In this document: positions 60,407-64,000 of the stretch, one piece after another
Layout of the letters: every line of letters begins with the position of its first letter
How positions within the stretch are numbered: the stretch's first letter is position 1
Source of the DNA: Paraspadella gotoi
Taxonomy: Eukaryota; Animalia; Chaetognatha
Length of the DNA: 64,000 bases
Direction: 5' to 3'
NCBI GenBank assembly: GCA_051294375.1
Contig: CM119263.1
Coordinates: 25,567,394 to 25,631,393, forward strand
Program-made: the position numbers and the translations under genes
The notes under the pieces: generated by a model
What the model was told of the DNA's origin: nothing
Database searches by the model: none
Seen by the model: only the letters and a program-made list of their open reading frames with translations

Positions 60407-60464
60407 TCCTATGAAATTGGTACAACCAATATAAAAATTATCCATTCATTTAATAAATAAGCTA

Positions 60465-60648
60465 TCTTGCCCCTGACTTTGGACAGGCTTTGGTGGTTTA
60501 AGGCCTCCATCACTCTTACAAGATAATGACATAGCAGGTCCCTGCAAGCTTTCAATCAAGACTCTCTCACAGTCTCGTTTATTCACTCCCAGAGTACCTG
60601 GCTTCCCTATCAATGAAGTGGTATAATATTTCAAAGAATGTTTCAATT
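60465..60648. repeat. Dispersed repeat family B, copy 2
   Basis: Collinear with 21798-22099 but lacking ~110 bp present in that copy. Confidence 0.75.
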
Positions 60649-61529
60649 GTATGAAAAGACCACTCCCTTAAGTATTATGTTACTATGTTACGCATCCAGT
60701 ATCGGCTATGAGTGAGAGTGAGAGTGAGAATGAGTTAGAGATTGATGATGATGATGATGATGATATTGAGCCTGATGGTGATGATGATTATGTCGATGAT
60801 GATAATGACAATGATGATGACAGAAGTTTAGAGATCAAAGGAGACGAAAGTTGAGGTCGCGTCTGCGGTTGATTTTTCACGGACGTCAGCGTCCCTGTCA
60901 GATCCTATCGGGGGGTTTGGTGCTCGCCGCTGCCGACGCCGCCGCTGACGCAGCCCACGCCGCAGCCGTCGAGGCAGCCGACAATGACAGACGCCGTCGC
61001 TGCTTCCGCTTACACTGGCATCGTCACCACTAACCACTGATGCCACAGTTGAGGTGTCGATTGCTTGCGCCATCGCTGACGCCGACTTCAGTCACACTTT
61101 TTTTTTCTATTCTAATTTTGCCAACGCAGATGGAAGAGGAGGAATTTTTTCGCAATAGTTTTCGTTGTCGTCGTCGTCGTCGTTGTCTCCTTCCACCCCG
61201 TCGCTTGCCAACGTTAAACACATTTGTAAACAAATGCGCAACTGGATATTTTTCCGATTTTTGGTCTCGAAACCATCGCGACGTGTCATGCGTCGAATAA
61301 TTTACGCAGAAAAACACTGGCATCCAATTTGACGCCGTTTAAAAGCCTGTTGTCTGTGTCGTCTTTATCGTCGTCGTCGTGTTCCAAGCAATTTTTTGAA
61401 AAAAAAAAGCCAATTTCGGAAAACCACTTGTTTTTTACTTTCTCGAAAAAAATTTTTCGATGATATGAATTCGGTAAAAAAAAAATTGAATTTTTTTTTA
61501 CATTTTCCTGTCCTTATCGCCCACGTATG

Positions 61530-61598
<69 letters not shown>

Positions 61599-61638
61599 AC
61601 TCTCTCTCTCTCTCTCTTATCTCTTCTCGCTCTCTCTT

Positions 61639-61685
<47 letters not shown>

Positions 61686-62513
61686 CTCCCATCATCCATA
61701 TTCGCCTCTCTCTCAGTCTCTGCTACTTTTTTTTTCTGGATTTAATGGAGAAAAAATCGAATTAATTTTTCGTCGAGTCGCTTATTCTTCTCTTCGGCGC
61801 TCAGGGTGCCGGCGTCACCAGCGGTGCCAGGCGAGACGACGCCGCCTGCCCGGGGATTCTGTCTTCGCCGACGTCGTGACTGGCACGTGCACGCGTGGAT
61901 CTCCCACTTGCACGCAAGTCTCGTTCTAGTGCACTTAAGTCTCGCGAGCGACGCTTCCCGGCTTCCCTCTATTTCACGAAACGAACAGCTGTCGTCTCTT
62001 CTCTCTCCGCGAATATTGATTATTTGTTTTTTTCTCTATTTTTTATTCATTATTTTTCCTCTTGTCTTTTTATTTCGTATTGTATTCGTTTTTATACTAG
62101 TTTCTCAGTGTTGATTTGCGCAGGAAGGGTCACAAGCGTTCTTATTTCTTGGCTTGTGTCCTATTGTTGCGTCCAAACGAAATTCATCGTCATTTCAACT
62201 CTGTATGTTTGTTTTTATTCGTTATCAATGCTTCACACATTCTTTGGGCTCCAGCAACATTGATAATCTACTAAATATCATAATCATCGAGTCGACGTCA
62301 TCAACTCTTTTCCCTTCAATCCCGGACCGCTTTATTTTCCCGCGTGCTGCGCGCACTTCCAGACCTCTCCTCGTCCGTACACGTTCGCACGTAAAATTAA
62401 GAGCAAATTCTGCGCGCGCGCCCAAAATATTTTTTTTTATCAGCTCCGGGGGAACTTAATCCGAGGAGACGAAAGAAAATTAGGGGAAAAAAAAGTAAAA
62501 AAAAAAAATCTTC

Positions 62514-62638
62514 GGATTTTCTTTTTTTCTCGGCAGCAGGGAATATGCCTTTCCACGAATTCTTGTGTTTTTTATAATCCGTCTATCTCCTCTCTGCTCT
62601 CTTCTACTCTCTCTCTCTTCTCTTTCTCTCCTTTCTCT

Positions 62639-62691
<53 letters not shown>

Positions 62692-62790
62692 CTATCTATC
62701 TTGTCTATCTATCTGTACTATGCTCAGGATTTTTTTTTTTTTTCTCGGCAAAAGCAGGGAATGCCCTTCCACGGAATCTATCCCCTTCTT
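62514..62790. repeat. Local diverged duplication (~213-bp period) around a CT tract
   Basis: GGATTTT..TTCTCGGCA..GCAGGGAAT..GCC.TTCCACG.AAT occurs at ~62514 and ~62727. Confidence 0.65.
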
Positions 62791-64000
62791 CTATCTTCTC
62801 TCTCATTCTCTCATGTTTTCTCTTTCTCTTCTCTCTCCTGTCTCTTCTCTCTCTCTCTTTTTCTCTTCTCTCTCTCTCTCTACTCTCTCCTCTCTCTCTC
62901 TCTCTCGATGATCTTTCATTGACGAAATCGCCTTACCTTGCCCTCCAAAACATTCATTTTCTTTTCCTCGAGCCGACGGCGTCCACGATAAATGTATTAA
63001 ATAGAGTGGAGCACATCGAATGAACAAACAAATGTATAATTGAATATTCGAAAACAATGAATATTTAGATTGAATACGTATGACTTAACTAGTTACAAAA
63101 TATTTTGTCATATTATCTCGAGAGGAACCAGAATAGTACTAAAATATAATATATTGCTAGTAATATCCTTAATAAAATAGTAAATTTAAAAAATATTTTT
63201 TATAAACACTTTTTATTAAAGATTCAGGAATTCTTCATAAAAAGTTTGAATCAAAAATATATTTAAAACTGATCTTATCAAAAATTCTGTCTATCTTCGC
63301 ATGTTTTAAAATAAGAAAAAAAGTGCATAAAATTTCCTGACTTTTTTTATTCTCTAGTAGTAGAAACTAATATAAGTTAAAACGTTTTAGTCATATTTTT
63401 GTGTCTAAACATATCTAAAACTATCATATAACATATTTTATAAAAGTTATCTTAAGTTTTTTACAGCGAATCCAAATCAGCTTAACTTAAAAATAAAAAA
63501 AAATTCTTTTAGAATTACGCATTTTATAAGGATATTAACTACATAAAAATAATTGAATTTGCCTATACTGGGTTATTATGCTAAAAACAATTTTACAAAA
63601 GGATTTAAAAATCAATTAATTTATATCGTCCATAGGGCAGCAAAAATTAATGCTTCAACTCACTCAAATCTTATTCATCACTCCACGCGCCTAATGAATT
63701 TAACAGCCACTATTTTCTATTCTGTTCTCCACGCAACCAGCATCAAGATGAGTCAACCATCAAGATAGTTTAAGATATATATATAATATAACAAGCTGTG
63801 CTCAGTGTACTCTATTTGAGCTTCACACTCTACAATCTTTTTAATACCCGTACATGTTCAACTCGCAAACAAGCACCGCCCGTCTTATGCCGATTTGATT
63901 AGCAGGCGTCGCCTGTAACATTGCCCGAAAAAGAGCAATCGGCTTTTTAACGATCAGGCGTTCGCTAATCGGCGGAATTCAGCAGGCGGCTTCAATTCGC

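Noticed and set aside
60828-61323. GC-rich short ORFs on both strands
   Set aside because: No recognisable domain or convincing splice sites; dominated by CGT/CGC triplet repeats. Cannot be excluded as an exon.

Overview
Animal (metazoan, probably invertebrate) nuclear genomic DNA with AT-rich introns/intergenic DNA, GC-richer exons, abundant microsatellites and three N gaps; species cannot be named from sequence alone. The first 31 kb is gene-dense. It holds an intronless-CDS SNAP-25, a 16-exon chromatin protein with an unusual RFX-like winged helix + H15 + chromodomain + H15 + H15 + basic tail architecture, and a 2-exon ionotropic glutamate receptor. It also holds a 14-exon GRDP/DUF1399-type gene whose intron 8 contains a complete antisense KIF7/KIF27-type kinesin gene. 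The remaining 33 kb is mostly low-complexity DNA with one divergent XK-related multi-pass membrane protein gene, a ~3.3 kb duplication across an assembly gap and a few possible orphan exons. Mobile elements: four copies of a DINE-1/Helentron-associated (HINE)-like element, a TA-flanked Tc1/mariner-type MITE and an 8-bp-TSD MITE with telomere-like repeats. Gene models were spliced by hand and exon phases are mutually consistent. Family assignments rest on recalled motifs, not database searches.
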